Source: Octopus sinensis | Lineage: Eukaryota | Assembly (NCBI RefSeq): GCF_006345805.1 | Contig: NC_043003.1 | Location: 96,968,001-97,032,000 of the forward strand | DNA length: 64,000 nucleotides | Direction of reading: 5' to 3' | In this document: positions 37,900 to 51,200 of the stretch, in pieces | How the letters are laid out: each line of letters opens with the position of its first letter | How positions within the stretch are numbered: position 1 is the stretch's first letter | Program-made: the position numbers and the translations under genes | The notes under the pieces: model-generated | Seen by the model: the letters and a program-made list of their open reading frames with translations, nothing else | The model's database searches: none | Told to the model about the DNA's origin: nothing

Positions 37900-38420
37900 T
37901 TAACCACGGCAGAGAAAGTTGTCATGGCGGAACCTGTTCAGAGGCCTACGCAAAGTTGCAGAAGTGAATGGAGAGAAGTTTATGAGCTGCACTCAAGTGT
38001 ACCAGTGGTTGAGACGTTTCCAAGATGGCCGAAAAAACGTCGACATTGACGAAATGTTATAGGAGGCTCGCAAAAAGCAGAACTGATATAAACATTGCAG
38101 ATGTCGTGCAGATGTGAGGGGAAATCAACGAATTACCATCAGAGGATGTGAAGATTAGTTGCGGTTCAGTTTAATTCATTACCAGTGACGATTTGGGTAT
38201 GAAACGCGTGTCTGCCAAGTTTGTGCCAAAACTGCTTTCAGCTGACCAAAAAGACATTTGGGTTTCAGTTGTACAAGATCTCCTTGATTGTGTTGAGAAT
38301 AATGAAAACTTCTTGAAAACTTTACGTAGGCCTCTGAGCAGGTATCGACACGCTTTCGACAAGATTTGATGCAGACTCTCTGTTCAACTTTCCCTATGCG
38401 ACGATCACACGCTGCAGACC
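37900..38420 (+). mobile_element. Mariner transposase remnant with a short inverted N-terminal piece
   Basis: Plus strand: EAYAKL..QVYQWLRRFQDGRKNVD..DLGMKRVSAKFVPKLLSADQK. Minus strand at 38315-38420: KVEQRVCIKSC..CSEAYVK. Confidence 0.8.
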
Positions 38421-38558
38421 TCCCCTTCAAGCACTTGTTTAAGCAGCGGAAGTGAGCTAGAACATTCATACCAGTGTTCAAGGTCAATCTGTGCCAGGCG
38501 GCCTGACTCTGTATGCTTTAACTTCGTTATTATGGTAACAGTCCGGATACTTGTTGAT

Positions 38559-38605
<47 letters not shown>

Positions 38606-38607
<2 letters not shown>

Positions 38608-38721
38608 CACGTGATCACGTGACCGACCAGACCATCAGATGTTGTTACACATCGCTGGTCACAATGCGTTCGCATTGTTTTAGCCTTCGAATGACTCCAC
38701 CCCGCTGGCTAAGCGAGCAGG

Positions 38722-38725
<4 letters not shown>
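38606..38725 (-). mobile_element. SINE 3' fragment (family of 39485)
   Basis: Reverse complement of the 39.67-39.78-kb tail, ending in an (atcacgtg)2 tail. Confidence 0.8.
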
Positions 38726-38757
<32 letters not shown>

Positions 38758-38810
38758 AATATAAAACAAGAAGGGTAGTAATATTATTTACTACCAGGTA
38801 TATATATATA

Positions 38811-38853
<43 letters not shown>

Positions 38854-39277
38854 GCATATATAAATATATGTATATTCGCACATACGTGTCCGTGATATTT
38901 GAAATTAATGTTTTCGATAGGAGACTAAAATATGGTATCCAAACTTTGTTTTAGATATATCCCGTGTAGAGTGTCTTGAGAGCACATTCACTACTTATGG
39001 CTCCCAGGCGTCATCCACGCTACTTCACTTTCGTCGCAGTATTTATGTAAGGAATTCCTCGGTGCGCATTTAGTATACTTTAAATTATTGATAAGGAAGA
39101 CAGAGTGTACTGAAAAGTTCATTTAACACGACGATAGTTTCGTGAAGCGTTTTATGTCATCTGATAAGGTTTCTTCTGTACTGCAGTGCATCTTATTCCA
39201 TTATATCGTTCCACACCCACTAGGGAGCAGTGCAGATGTAAGCTTATAGTACATTCTGTCTTCTTAACAATCATTTA

Positions 39278-39322
<45 letters not shown>

Positions 39323-39402
39323 CATATCTAAATTTATATCTGTATCTATATATGTATATATGTAAAATAAAATATTAAAATAAATAAAATATATATACAT
39401 AC

Positions 39403-39466
<64 letters not shown>

Positions 39467-39484
39467 GTGTGTGTGTGTGGATCA

Positions 39485-39780
39485 CAATGGCCCAGTGGTT
39501 AGGGCAGCGGACTCGCGGTCGTAGGATCGCGGTTTCGATTCCCAGACCGGGCGTTGTGGGTGTTTATTGAGCGAAAACACCTAAAGCTCCACGGGGCTCC
39601 GACAGAGGGTGGTGACGATCCCTGCTGTACTCTTTCGCCACAACTTTCTCTCACTCTTTCTTCTGTTGGCCTGCTCGCTTAGCCAGCGGGGTGGCGTCAT
39701 TTGAAAGCTAAAAAACAATGCGAAGCGCATTGTGACCAGCGATGTGTAGCAACATCTGATAGCCTGGTCGGTCACGGTGA
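39485..39780 (+). mobile_element. tRNA-derived SINE (fourth family)
   Basis: tggcccagtggtt A box and gtttcgattc B box. Full minus-strand copy at 41497-41783. Confidence 0.85.
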
Positions 39781-39791
39781 TATATATATAG

Positions 39792-39833
<42 letters not shown>

Positions 39834-40129
39834 ACACATATGTATTTCGTTTATATGTTCCAGCCCAAAGGCTGTGGTCATGCTGAGACAAACTTTAGTG
39901 AGAAGGTGAAATAATTCTTTATTTCAAATCAATGGATCTCGAAATACACATAGAGTTATAAATAATAGCATGTAAATATCAAGTTCGAAAACTGTTTTGA
40001 GTAGAAAAAGTCGAAGGCTGCCCGTGAGACACGAACCCACATCGCTTGCAGACATGCGCGCCTGTGCACACACATACATAATTTAGAAATACCACATTTG
40101 TCCAAAAAGATCGACGTTAGCTACTTATT

Positions 40130-40202
40130 GAAGAAGAAGAAGAAGAAGAAGAAGAAGAAGAAGAAGAAGAAGAAGAAGAAGAAGAAGAAGAAGAAGAAGA
40201 AG

Positions 40203-40262
<60 letters not shown>
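40130..40262. repeat. (GAA)n followed by (GTA)n
   Basis: Directly visible. Confidence 0.95.
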
Positions 40263-40263
<1 letters not shown>

Positions 40264-41496
40264 TATAGGTTTTACTCAGTTTTTAAGAGTGCATCGTATT
40301 TCGGCCATTTCAAACCCTACTCATATTTCAATATTATGTTAACAACACGAAAACAAACAAAAATAACAGTAATGATAAAATTCCCAAGTTTTGCCGAAGG
40401 AGATGATAAAGGAAAGAAAATGAAACAAGAATAACTGTGAGGTATGTTTGAAGTATAAATGGAACGAAGGAAGAGTTATATTTTTGCATTATGAAAATGG
40501 TTATTGGGAGAAGTCAGTATAATTTGCATTACGTGTATTTTAGGTTTTTATTAAATTTAATTTATAAACCATATTCGTCTCATCTTTTGACTTTACTGTT
40601 ACATAAATTAATATAGATGATATGCATATCTCGTTCTAACCTATTAACATTATTCCCTCTTACAGTTATCTCACTTGAAAACCAATTGAAAATGAAATTC
40701 AAGAGATATCAGATTGACTCCACATATCTGACTTTCTACATGCCATTTATCCTTCTTTAAACAGACTTAATGGCTGTCATCATTTCTTAGTCATTTCTCT
40801 CGCCACTTTTGTTCTTTTTGATTTTGATGAACTCTATGCGCGAAACTTTTATGACTCTTGAACCACTTACGCAACTTTGCAGTCGATTAAATACAAACAC
40901 ATACACACATAAAGGCGCGTACGCACACTCGCACACACACACGCACACACGCACACGTGCGCACACACACAGAGACGCAGGTGTGGTTTGGCTTTGAGGT
41001 AGGAAATTTGCTTCTCAACCGCATGATTCCGGATTCAGTTCCATTGTGAGGCAGCTTGGGCAGGCAGTACTCGACATTGCTACAATCTAATGCATGTATA
41101 TATAGTCTTGGCTTAACAGTCTTCATCGTTTGTTTTTACTATTTTGTTTTCATTGTTTTGCCTTTTACTGTTTTTACTTTTTTATTGATTTTACTGTTTT
41201 GTTCTCACTGTCCTGTTCTTGTTACCACTTTCACCCCCCGCAAAAAATCCCAAATTTCATTTAATTTGCTTTGCGGGAAGGACTGTTTCAACGAAGTCGC
41301 GTCTTGTCCTTGCCTTCGGACGTGGAGTAGTTGGGACAGGGACAACTGAAGAAGGGGAATATTCTTTAAGTTGTATGTTTCGTTTCTCATTGTGTTCAAC
41401 TTTTTTTTTATGTCCTGTGCCCATATTTGCACGTATATATACACATATATTAGGTATGTACATATATGTGTGTATATATGCATATATATCACCATG

Positions 41497-41783
41497 ATCA
41501 CCGTGACCGACAGGCTATCAGATGTTGCTACACATCGCTGGTCAGAATGCGCTTCGCATTGTTTTAGCCTTCAAATGACGCCACCCCGCTGGCTAAGCGA
41601 GCAGGTCATCAGAAGAAAGAGTGAGAGAAAGTTGAGGCGAAAGAGTACAGCAGGGATCGCCACCACCCTCTGCCGGAGACACGTGGAGCTTTAGGTGCTT
41701 TAGCTCAATAAACACTCACAACGCCCGGTCTGGGAATCGAAACCGCGAGTCCGCTGCTCTAACCACTGGGCCATTGCGCCTCC
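41497..41783 (-). mobile_element. tRNA-derived SINE (fourth family)
   Basis: Reverse complement homologue of 39485-39780. Confidence 0.85.
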
Positions 41784-42878
41784 ACACACACACACACATT
41801 TATGGCAAATAACAACGAGGAGATGAAAATGCACAATGCGTTTTATGTGCATAAGCTTAGAGAAGGGAAGTAAGTGAAAAAAATTTACGGCAAAAACACA
41901 TGGAGGGAAAACACATTTTAAACGCATTTTTTAAATTTAAAGGTAAAGTACAAAACTTTAATGATAACTATATTTTATGCGTGCATGTGTTTGTATTTAA
42001 TCGACTGCAAAAAGGACACGCATGGAGACACACGTCAACACATATGGATATGCACGCACATACATACAAACACGGTACATAGTTGCAAACACACACACAC
42101 ACATACACACACACACACACATACACACTTAGACATGCACACACAGGGAGACAGAGGTACACACATACATATACAAAAACACACACGCACATATATAAAA
42201 ACACACAAACATGGACACGCAAACATGAATATGTAGAATACATACATACAAATGTACACACATAAATAGATACATATGCACACACACACACACACACATA
42301 AATGCATATACACACACATGCATACATACATATATGCATGCATGTATAGGCATACACACACACACACACTGACCTCCACACACATGCGCCCAAACAAACA
42401 AAAAGGAACGCAATGTGAGAACGGACAGAGTCAACAACTATTGAAAAGGTTGCATGCAGGACGCAACGAAAATTTTAGAAAAATAACAAAGAAATAAGTG
42501 GAAATTTTACCGGTGAGTGTGTTAAATTATAAGGCACCAAAAGAGAATGACTCTCCCCAGACACAACAGAATATACTTCAACACACGAACTCACATAAAG
42601 GATCTTGCAAACCAAATCCCAAAACGAAATATATTTTATATACTTGTACAAGAATTTGAAGTATAACCACCTTGATTTCACTTTTTTGAATTAATCAAAG
42701 ATCAATGTTGGTACTCAACGGTATTGATGTGTAGATTTTTTCCCTTCCTTCAAAGTCTCTGCAATTATCTTAATTCTTATTCATATGTGATTGCATTAGT
42801 TTTGAATGCATACATACATAAGTATATGTATACCTATACGTCTATCTATCCATCCATCCACCTATCTATCTATCTATA

Positions 42879-42933
<55 letters not shown>

Positions 42934-42952
42934 CTACTCATTTATCTATTTA

Positions 42953-43000
<48 letters not shown>

Positions 43001-43053
43001 GCATTTATGTGTAATAATGTGTAATAATGCCCTCTATACAATATATATATATA

Positions 43054-43109
<56 letters not shown>

Positions 43110-43217
43110 TGTGTGTGTATACCGGAGTAAACACATAAATGTGGAACAAGGTGGAAAAAAGAGTACTCAAATACCAGTGGTAGAGTAATATGCTTTATTT
43201 AAAGCAGCAGAACATTA

Positions 43218-44096
43218 TCATTGTATTTGTTCGGAGCTGTGGGATGGTGCTGAATCCCGTTGGAAGCTTCAAGGTGCGCTTTGAAAGTGCTCATTCGCAC
43301 ATGAAGGCAGTTCAGCTTCCAGAATGCGGCTAATGTATCGTTGGGTGTAAATTTTAACACCTGAGAGCACAAAAACAAGGGAAGATCTTCCAGTGGTTGT
43401 CACAGCCGCCCAAACCATAACTGACTGGATTTTGACGTCGATTTACGACTCTACCCTCGACGGTGTCGGATACACTCCAAAGTCGGTCATTCTGGTGGTT
43501 TGCTATCTGTTCGATGTCAAATTTCTTTCATCAGAAAACACCAAGATGAGCAACAATCTGACGAAGGATAACACATCTTCTCTCCGTTCTCGTAGCCTTA
43601 TAAACTTGCGTGAGCTCATGACGGTGGATGATCTTATAGGGGTGGATCCTGAGATCCTTCTTCAACACTCGATACATCAATGTTCGGCTTATTTTAACTG
43701 TGGCAGCCAGTTTTCTGGCGGAACGACGAGTTTCGCCATACCCTTTCTCTGGTAATTTTGATTAGCTGAGGAGTCTGCACACTTCTTTTTCAACCACTTT
43801 CAAGTCGATCAGTGGTGTGACCAGTCCCTTGAAATTTCTTGACAATTTTCCAGACTGTTGTTCAATTAATTTTCAGATTTTTGCTACATCTGTATTACTT
43901 TCGCCTTCTGTATGGATGGTTATGTTTGTATTTCGATTTATAGCCATTATTTAATTTATAAATCTGAATTTGTTTTGTCCGAAACAAAACGAGGACACAC
44001 TAAGCTTTATAATGATGCATTAATTTTTATATCATCACATTTATTGCTAGTTATTAAAGCCCGAAACTCCGGTTGCCTTAATTTCGGGACATACTG
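43218..44096 (-). mobile_element. Tc1/mariner-superfamily element (maT/DD37D-like), 3'-truncated
   Basis: TIR-like end TA|cagtatgtcccgaaattaaggcaacc at 44096. Transposase relic RSARKLAATVKIS..HPYKI..VFSDE..VMVWAAVTTTGRSSLVFV..GVKI..FQRDSAPSH. The third catalytic residue is missing, so the family call is inferred from flanking motifs. Confidence 0.8.
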
Positions 44097-44249
44097 TATA
44101 TATATATATATATTCTACATTGAGAGAAGGACGAGATGGACGCTTCATTTTTATGCTGTTGCCGCATTATGTCGTACGCGAATGAGAGGATTTGCATCCC
44201 CAACGTAGAATTTTTGATGTAATACATGTCCTTGAGGTAGTAGTTGTGC

Positions 44250-44327
44250 GCGGCTGAAGAAGGCTATAGACACACATTATGCATTGTTATAAATCCGTCT
44301 AATAAAGGCCCGAAACATATGTACCGC
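44250..44327 (+). ncRNA. Type I hammerhead ribozyme motif
   Basis: Stem I GCGG/CCGC; CUGAAGA at 44254-44260; stem II (A)GGC/GCC(C) around ~45 nt; GAAA at 44312-44315; palindromic stem III ACAUAUGU; GUA at 44321-44323. Confidence 0.65.
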
Positions 44328-44360
44328 TGAATCCTTGGCATCATGTTTTTATTTTGATTA

Positions 44361-44397
<37 letters not shown>

Positions 44398-44634
44398 AAG
44401 AAAAAGGAAATGGAGATTGGGAAGTTAATAATTGCCTATTATTAACACCAAATTAATCATCTTCATTTGTAGCTGTTTCAATTAGTACTCAGTAAATATT
44501 AAGTAAATATTAAATTTATGTTTATATGACCTGAGCATAATATCCTTAAGAGGGAAAAATTATACCCTTGGATGTTTTAAGTGTGTTTATGGATTCATTA
44601 TAGCAGACTGAATAAATATATATAATATATATAC

Positions 44635-44674
<40 letters not shown>

Positions 44675-44745
44675 CAGAAAGGAGACGACAAAAGAATGAC
44701 CGAGTGTATATTTATGAATTTGTGCATACATGTATATATATTATA

Positions 44746-44826
<81 letters not shown>

Positions 44827-44831
44827 TATAT

Positions 44832-44901
<70 letters not shown>

Positions 44902-45104
44902 GTATATATATACACGTACATATAAACATCTCTGCATATATACATATATGCACGCACACGTACATACACACATACATAGACAGAGACACACGCACACACA
45001 TATGTGTATGCATGAATGTATGTACGTATTTATGTATATATGTGTGTGTGGGTGGGTGTGTGTGTGTATACTTAATCGGCAGTAAAGTTATATACGTGTC
45101 ACAG

Positions 45105-45137
45105 GGGCCGCTAGTGTCATGCATTTGACTTATCAAG
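45105..45137 (+). CDS. Candidate 33-nt microexon, copy A (phase 1-1; [10 protein letters not shown])
   Basis: cacAG|GGGCCGCTAGTGTCATGCATTTGACTTATCAAG|GTaggt. Only one frame is open in both copies. Confidence 0.35.
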
Positions 45138-45477
45138 GTAGGTTGAAATTATAAATTTACTCTTTAAGTTGAGATGGATTTTAATTTTTTTATCGGGAAT
45201 CTTCGATGAAAAGCTTGTAATTTGAGAGTAAATGTCAAAATCTGCCATCTGAGTAAAGGGAGGAAGAGAAATATAATAAATTACATAAATATTGCGAAAT
45301 CAAACATTACAAAAAAATTTTTGAATATATGTACACACTCGTACACAATAAATCACACTACTTAGACATATGTATCAATAATATATATATACATATACAT
45401 ATATATATATATATATATAATATATATTATATATATATATATATATATATTATATAATATGTGTGTGTGTGTGTGTG

Positions 45478-45513
<36 letters not shown>

Positions 45514-46459
45514 GAAAAAATGTCAGGTAGAAACTGCTAAATTGATTTTATAAAAAACATTTCAGTACCGGTTTTAGTCATTGAAACTTTTTCAACTGTA
45601 AGTATGGAAAACAATTATGTTGTGGAAAAGTTCAAAGAAAAGTTTTTTTTTTAAAGAATATTTGCATCCTATTCAAATACAAGGGGCATTTTCCTCGTTT
45701 CTGCCTGTCTCTGTCTCTCTTGTTTGCTCTTGTGGGTTCGAGGTTTTTGTGATAACGACCTCGAACCCACAAGAGTAATCGACCTCGATCCTAGAAGGCC
45801 AGCAATTTTCGGAAAGAGAATAAGTCGATTACATCGATCCCACTATACAATTGGTACTTATTTTATCGACCCCAAAAGGATGAATGGTAAAGCTGACCTT
45901 GGCGGAATTTGAAATGCCGCTAAGAATTTTGCCCGGCGTGCTAACGATACTGTCACCTCGCCACCTTGTATCTATCAATAATAGCTCATAATACATTGTG
46001 TAAAAAGAACCTGGAATCAGAAAAGAATGTGCTACAGATTCGAACGTAGCATTTGCCGTATCCTGAAAGGTGCATGGTTCGAATTTAGAAAGCACGTGTC
46101 TCTAGAAAGACTATTGCAATTAGATGAGGAATCGTGTGTGGAGAAGGGAACTAATTTCTTCCTATTAATCCTCGTATACAAGATTAAAGCATCTAATTTG
46201 CGTCTAGTTGAACGTGGGAGATTCACTTTGGTACAATGTTATCTCTACTGTGTACAATATTAAAAATGCATTGTTTAAGATATACATGTGTCTGTCATCC
46301 TTTTCTGTCCCAGGGATTTTTACTTAAGTTGTTACGGACTATTGTCCGTAGCCATATTCGCATTCAAGATACCTTGTAAAAGATAGGAAAGACTTTCTGG
46401 AATGCATAACATCTATATCTACCTCCGTAATAGAAATATATTTGCAGCGGAATTGCAAG

Positions 46460-46640
46460 TTTATGCATAAAGGAGGAAGCAGACGAGTTTCTAGAAATTA
46501 TAGCCCTATCTACCTGACCTCACACATGACCAAAGTCGTGGAAGTCGTTGTCAGAAGGAAGCTGGTCGCATTCCCAGACGAAAACGGCTTACTCTCTGAC
46601 ACACAAAACGTCTTCCATGTACAGAGTTGCTTCACTCAGC
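46460..46640 (+). mobile_element. CR1/Jockey-group RT fragment
   Basis: MHKGGSRRVSRNYSPIYLTSHMTKVVE..LLSDTQNVF..SCFTQL matches the start of a non-LTR RT (NYRPISLTS..Q.GF..SC.TQL). Confidence 0.75.
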
Positions 46641-47904
46641 TACATGTCTGGATACTGTTTTAGTTCTTCTATCTATCTTCTGTTGTCTGATCTGTGTCCA
46701 TATTAGAGAGGGAACAGAGTATTTTTGATTTTTGAAATTTTGATTTTGACTCTTGAACTAGTATGTAAACGCTACGATGGATTTTGTTGCACGCTATGCA
46801 GATTTTAATCCGTATATTTCCACATATACATTAGGAAAAACCTTCGACTTTGTTTATTTCATGTTATTGTATCGTATAGGATTACCTTGATTATTTATAG
46901 ATGATCCAAAATAGGGTGTTATATTTTATTTTATATGTCTTTCGCATATATTTTTTATTTTTTATTATTGCACTCATTTTTTTAAAAAAAGCAATGTTGT
47001 CAAAAATTAGAATTTTTATATAAGTATGTGTATAGCCATGGATATGTATTTGTAAGCATGCGTATCTGTGTATGTGTAAGTGAGCGTATGTTTGTGCTTA
47101 AGCACACATATACACGACTGTATGTGTATGTATCCATTCGAACTTGTGTATTTGTATACTTGTCTCCATATATGTCAATAATGCCGTTACACAGCTTGTA
47201 TACATAATTTTTTCTTATTTCGTTTTTTTCCCCACCCCTCCTTTTTCTTTTTTCCTTCCCCCTTCTTCGTTCCTTTTTCTCTCTCTTCCTTTCTTTCGTT
47301 TTTTTTCTCCAACTGATACTGATGCAACTTTACGTCCCCCTAACTCAGTATATGAGAATCGCTACATAGATGATTTTAACTTGCGTGCGAGATGGATTCC
47401 GTGCATATATGTACGCATGCATTTATGTGTATATTTTATATTTATATTTATACGTCTGTATATGTATGGCGTTTGCACGCATCCTTCTGTGTATGTTGAT
47501 ATATATATGTACACTTTAATATAAATATGTATTGCAGTGTAATATTTATAATAAGTTTTAATTTCTATGCTTTAATTATGCTTTCTTCATTAACGTCAAT
47601 ATGTATTTTATTCAATGTAAGGTTTTTTCCTCGAATTTTATAATTTTTATAAGTTTTTATATATATATACATATATTTTTGACCTTTTTGTTTATCGCTC
47701 GAAGATTGACCGTTTTTTCTAAAGGGCCAATCAAACAAGTCCATTTTTTTTAAAGGTGTAGCGTTTGTAAGAGTCTAGATTGAATTGATATATCGGTTCC
47801 ATTCTAGCAAAAACTGTCTGATGAACGGCAACGAGAAACTCAGAGTAACAGATTTTGTTGAATTTTCTGCTGCTTAAAATAAAGTATATATATATATATA
47901 TATA

Positions 47905-48116
47905 TACTCTTTTACTCTTTTATTTGTTTCAGTCATCTGACTGCGGCCATGCTGGAGCACCGCCTTTAATCGAGCAACTCGACCCCGGGACTTATTCTTT
48001 TGTAAGCCCAGTACTTATTCTATCGGTCTCTTTTGCCGAACCGCTAAGTAACGGAGACATAAACACACCAGAATCGGTTGTCAAGCAATGCTAGGGGGAC
48101 AAACACACACACATGG

Positions 48117-48149
<33 letters not shown>

Positions 48150-48313
48150 TACGACGGGCTTCTTTCAGTTTCCGTCTACCAAATCCTCTCACAAGGCTTT
48201 GGTCGGCCCGAGGCTATAGTAGAAGACACTTGCCCAAGGTGCCACGCAGTGGGACTGAACCCGGGACCATGTGGTTGGTAAACAAGCTACTTACCACACA
48301 GCCACTCCTGCGC
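47905..48313 (-). mobile_element. tRNA-derived SINE, full length (family of 13190)
   Basis: Reverse complement homologue of 13190-13604. Confidence 0.9.
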
Positions 48314-48515
48314 TTATATTTATATATATGTATGTGTATATATACATACATATATACATATATATATCAATTCGTTTTACAAGATTCCTGATGTGAAATC
48401 GTGTTTTGAAACATACTCTTGATCACATTTTTTTTACCAAATAAATACACGTATTATATGTTTTACTTCACTCGTTTATTACTGTTCTTATTTTGTTATT
48501 TTAACTCATGTCCAT

Positions 48516-48560
48516 TGTCCGGAAATCTTTCGTCACACATCTGTGACCTCATCAGCGACA
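48516..48560 (-). ncRNA. Compact type I hammerhead motif
   Basis: Minus strand UGUCG-CUGAUGA-G-GUCACA-GAUG-UGUGAC-GAAA-GAUU-UC-CG(G)ACA. One extra nucleotide lies between A9 and stem II, and stem III is weak. Confidence 0.55.
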
Positions 48561-49402
48561 CTTTCCGTTTCCGTGTGTCTTCTTGCCCCACTTACTCTAT
48601 TCTGTTCTTCTAAGATGTGTATCCTTATGTGCGCATGCGTTGTGTTCTTGTTTGTTTGTGTGTGAGCGTGCGTGCGTTTGTGCGTGTGTGTGTATGTGTG
48701 TGTGTATGCTTGTGTGTGTGTCATGGTTTTCAGTAGCAGTGTGGCTTTTCCCTCAGCCCCATTCTTTCATCCCATTGTGCTGTTGCTGTCCTAAGACCCG
48801 AAAAAAATATGTATAGTATAGTTCCTGTATTCCTCTGTGTATGTGTGTTCGTCCATGGTGTTGCCAAAATGGTAGTTGTTATTATTGCCATCGTAGGCAC
48901 CGCTGCTGCTAACCGAGTGAGTTGAAGTTTCATGTGTGTGTGTGTGTTTGTGTGTATGTACGGGTTCGCTTTCTCATGTATCCATGCCCTTTATAAAGTT
49001 TTATTGATTTATTTTTATCTCTGTTTTACATTTATCACAGGTATATGACAAATATATAAATATATTTATTTATTTATCTATATATATATAGTGGGGAGGG
49101 GGAATAAATATTTGTACATGTCAAAATTCTTTATTTATTTAAATTCTAATGAACATAAATTGGATATGCCAATACTATATTTGCATACATATGCATAAAC
49201 TAAGAATATGCAAAAGAAACTAATAAATTATAGTAACTAATGAATTTATATACAATTATAAATATTTAGGGATGAAAAAAGTATTCATAAAGAACATAAA
49301 TAACTGATAATTCTGATTTAATACTTCGTAGCATAGCCATTATTCAGTTCTACTTCAACCAATCTCTTCTTTTAGTTCTTAATCAATGACTGGCATGTTT
49401 CT

Positions 49403-49700
49403 TTAGGAATTTTTCCCATTCTTCTTGCAATGCAGTTTGGGACTAGCCTTTCTAAAGAGGTGTACTAGTTCGCCGCCAGGGGTAGCATCAACGAATATGA
49501 CACGCTGGTATTTTTTGCTGTCATACCAAGTTTTGGCCTCATTTATCTTATTACTGGTCCTTTCTGAGCTGTTCCTGGATTTACTCCAGTCCAGCGGGCA
49601 GATACCCTTAACATCACTCTCTATGATGGCTATGAAGTTTAGTGCTGGCTCCTTTGGTTGTAACCAGAGAACTGAATGCGGTGGATGAAGTGTTCTATAT
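49403..49700 (-). mobile_element. Probable Penelope-like element fragment (post-RT linker)
   Basis: ERTSNKINEAKTWYDSKKYQRVIFVDATPGGEL resembles the K..K..WY..VIFVP.TPG.EL segment I recall from Penelope-like ORFs. Recognition from memory only. Confidence 0.45.
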
Positions 49701-49950
49701 ATCTTTCCAACTCCATAGGGTCGCACATGCGACACATTTCTCATGACTCTGGCCAAGTCAGCTATCAGAATGTTTAAACTTGGCGTTGTCTGCAATCGCT
49801 GAGTTCATGTGAACAAGGTACTTAGAGGCCATGGGTTTGGCATAATGAGATTAAAGGATCTGGACCTTACCGTTCTTCACTTATTTGGCAAGAAAAAAAA
49901 AGAAGACCATCCCGAAATGCAACATATATATATATATTTATGTGTGTGTT

Positions 49951-50046
<96 letters not shown>

Positions 50047-50341
50047 TTTGAAAATGCAATGTTAAAGATGTTTATTCACTTGACCGGTTTCGCTTTTTTA
50101 GAAAAAGATTGTCAAAAGTAAAATGTAAAGCTTTGTATGAGCTTTGTTGTGAAGTACTGGTAATCACAAAAGTATTAAAATACAGATATACATTCTTTGA
50201 TAATAATAAGTAAATGTTAAAAACAGTTTACAAGAAAGTATTTAAGAAAGTAATCAGGACGGACTCAAAAAAATATTTTGAGTTCAATAAAAATCATGTT
50301 TGTTTTGTAGTATATATATATATATACACACACATATGTAG

Positions 50342-50373
<32 letters not shown>

Positions 50374-50521
50374 CATACACATATGTGTAAGTATGTATGT
50401 ATGTATGTATGTATGTATGTATGTATGTAGGTAGGTAGGTAGGTAGGTATGTAGGTATGTACATATTTATGTATGCATGTATGTATATTTAATCGGCTGT
50501 AAAGTTATATACGTGTCACAG

Positions 50522-50554
50522 GGGCTGCGAGTGTCATGCATTTGACTTTTCAAG
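50522..50554 (+). CDS. Candidate 33-nt microexon, copy B (phase 1-1; [10 protein letters not shown])
   Basis: cacAG|GGGCTGCGAGTGTCATGCATTTGACTTTTCAAG|GTAAGT. Differs from copy A by two synonymous changes and one Tyr/Phe change. Confidence 0.4.
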
Positions 50555-50850
50555 GTAAGTTGAAATTGTAAATTTACTCTTTAACTTGAGAATTTCCAAT
50601 CAAAAACTTATAATTTGAGAGTAAATGTCAAAATCTGCCATCTGAGTAAAGGAAGAGAAATATAATGAATTACATAAATACTATGAGATCAAATATTACA
50701 AACAAAATTTTGAATATATACACACTCGCACACAATAAAATACACTACTTAAACATACGCATTCTAAAAAACATTAACCTACACATAAACACACACACGT
50801 ACGCACACACACATACATACATACATACATACTATATATATATATATATA

Positions 50851-50881
<31 letters not shown>

Positions 50882-51152
50882 CTCACATACACAGCAAAAA
50901 GCATAGATGTAGGTGAAACTATTCAATTGTACACACATACTAACATACATATATCATTTATACGTGGAACTTCGTACATGTATGCATTTAATTTTAAACC
51001 TTTTAAACCTATACCCATATAATCGCAGCGTTCAATATCGACATAAAATATAATTAAAAGAAAACATACACGTATGTAAGAAAACGATGACATTTGCTAC
51101 ATAAAGGGAAAATAAATGAGTGACATCCCAGGGTAACTATTACCCTTTTCAG

Positions 51153-51200
51153 AAAATTCATATGTTGCCAGGTCCTTAATGCAAGATTATTTAAACTCCT
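51153..51200 (+). CDS. Candidate 48-nt exon (phase 1-1; NSYVARSLMQDYLNS)
   Basis: taactattacccttttcAG|...aaactcct|GTAAGT. The length is a multiple of 3 and the frame is open in the same phase as the microexon. Confidence 0.3.

Noticed and set aside
45566-45597. AG...GTAAGT-bounded exon candidate
   Set aside because: It is 32 nt (not a multiple of 3) and better explained as a decayed hammerhead on the opposite strand.
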